From Naegleria gruberi (Eukaryota): a DNA stretch of 64,000 nt. Shown piece by piece: positions 63,597 to 64,000 of the stretch. Numbering within the stretch: the first letter of the stretch is position 1; every line of letters begins with the position of its first letter. Under the pieces are notes generated by a model. It saw only the letters and a program-made list of their open reading frames with translations. It ran no database searches and was not told the DNA's origin. The stretch lies in the NCBI GenBank assembly GCA_000004985.1, contig GG738852.1; one strand, written 5' to 3'. A program made the translations under genes and the position numbers.

Positions 63597-64000
63597 TTAA
63601 GGTCTTCCTCTTCCACTAGTTCGCAAGCATTCACATGTTGGACAACCATGTCTATCTCTCTCAAATCCATTTTCACAAAACATTGTACAAGTGGCACGAT
63701 TACACTTCTTCACTCTCAATGGACGAATAAAATTACATTTACAAATTGGACAACCATTTCTTCTGTTCACTCTGAGTCCATATCGACACTTCTTTACAGT
63801 ACAAGAGGTACTTTGACCATAGCATTTGATGAATTGAAATCTAATCCAACGAACGAAATCATTGAGATCACCCTTGTGTCTTCTGTAGAGGAAACGATCT
63901 TTAGGATAACCAAAGAGTTTTTGATGAGTTTCGGCTTTCTCTTCTTGGAAACTGAATTGAATAAAGAGGCAGAGAATGATAGCAAGCAATGAAAGGGCAA
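63597..64000 (-). CDS. Secreted Cys-rich protein with antistasin-like domain(s); 5' partial because the N-terminus runs off the window end
   Basis: A hydrophobic leader (..ALSLLAIILCLFIQFSF) continues beyond 64000. Two Cys patterns: CTVKKCRYGLRVNRRNGCPICKC and CNRATCTMFCENGFERDRHGCPTCEC, of the form C-x4-C-x3-C-x10-C-x2-C-x-C with G-C-P-x-C-x-C. This resembles antistasin-type serine-protease-inhibitor modules. Assignment is from pattern memory only. Confidence 0.5.
   Translation of the reverse strand, partial: ALSLLAIILCLFIQFSFQEEKAETHQKLFGYPKDRFLYRRHKGDLNDFVRWIRFQFIKCYGQSTSCTVKKCRYGLRVNRRNGCPICKCNFIRPLRVKKCNRATCTMFCENGFERDRHGCPTCECLRTSGRGRP

Noticed and set aside
1-64000. Searched for prokaryotic-style systems (CRISPR repeats, toxin-antitoxin pairs, operons, integrases or transposases, IS or LTR elements)
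   Set aside because: None found. All genes have eukaryotic features (spliceosomal introns, eukaryote-specific domains) and no direct-repeat/spacer arrays or terminal inverted repeats were seen.

Overview
This is a eukaryotic nuclear window, AT-rich (roughly 30-35% GC) and very gene-dense, with about 36 protein-coding genes and one tRNA in 64 kb. The evidence for that reading is spliceosomal introns of 39-140 nt with GTAAGT/GTATGT donors and YAG acceptors, a tRNA-Pro(TGG) followed by a T-tract, and intergenic spacers of only 40-300 bp. I found no prokaryotic operons, CRISPR arrays or mobile elements.

Codon usage is yeast-like (AGA, GGT, CCA, TTG, CAA, GAA), and many proteins carry N/Q/S/T homopolymer tracts. 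The gene content includes an axonemal-type dynein heavy chain, CEP76, a TALE homeobox, PTEN, UBR, Eco1 and PAK1IP1 homologues. Together this points to a flagellated or centriole-bearing unicellular eukaryote that uses the standard genetic code. A Naegleria-like heterolobosean or a zoosporic early-diverging fungus are both plausible; I cannot tell which from sequence alone.

Genes from start to end are: a dynein heavy chain C-terminal 3123 aa (5' partial); a PP6 regulatory subunit with a SAPS domain; a WD-like gene; a PH-domain protein; Got1; tRNA-Pro; a C2 plus three-WW protein of the NEDD4 type without a HECT domain; Eco1/ESCO (2 exons); PAK1IP1/Mak11; a NADAR/YbiA protein; a TALE homeobox; CEP76 (3 exons); a secreted vWA protein; F-box-like proteins; a PTEN-like phosphatase (8 exons including a 17-nt microexon, with a C2 and TPR C-terminal region); a UBR-box E3 ligase of about 1740 aa (2 exons); a GT8 glycogenin-like membrane glycosyltransferase; an APH-fold kinase; a 7TM protein with a C-terminal RGS-like domain; an ankyrin-repeat gene; DUF167; an MFS transporter; a RhoGEF with DH and PH domains; an abhydrolase-3 esterase; a 2OG-oxygenase, F-box and actin-related fusion (3 exons); a coiled-coil TLDc protein; and a secreted antistasin-like protein that runs off the window end.

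The ORF track allows TTG/GTG starts. Where I could confirm it on the sequence, I moved the start to the first in-frame ATG.

The most unusual observations are these. The ankyrin locus carries an array of 3-6-nt micro-exon-like segments, each flanked by consensus splice sites. The PTEN homologue has a 17-nt microexon that encodes the catalytic P-loop and a long TPR tail. One predicted protein joins a 2OG-oxygenase domain, an F-box and an actin-related domain.
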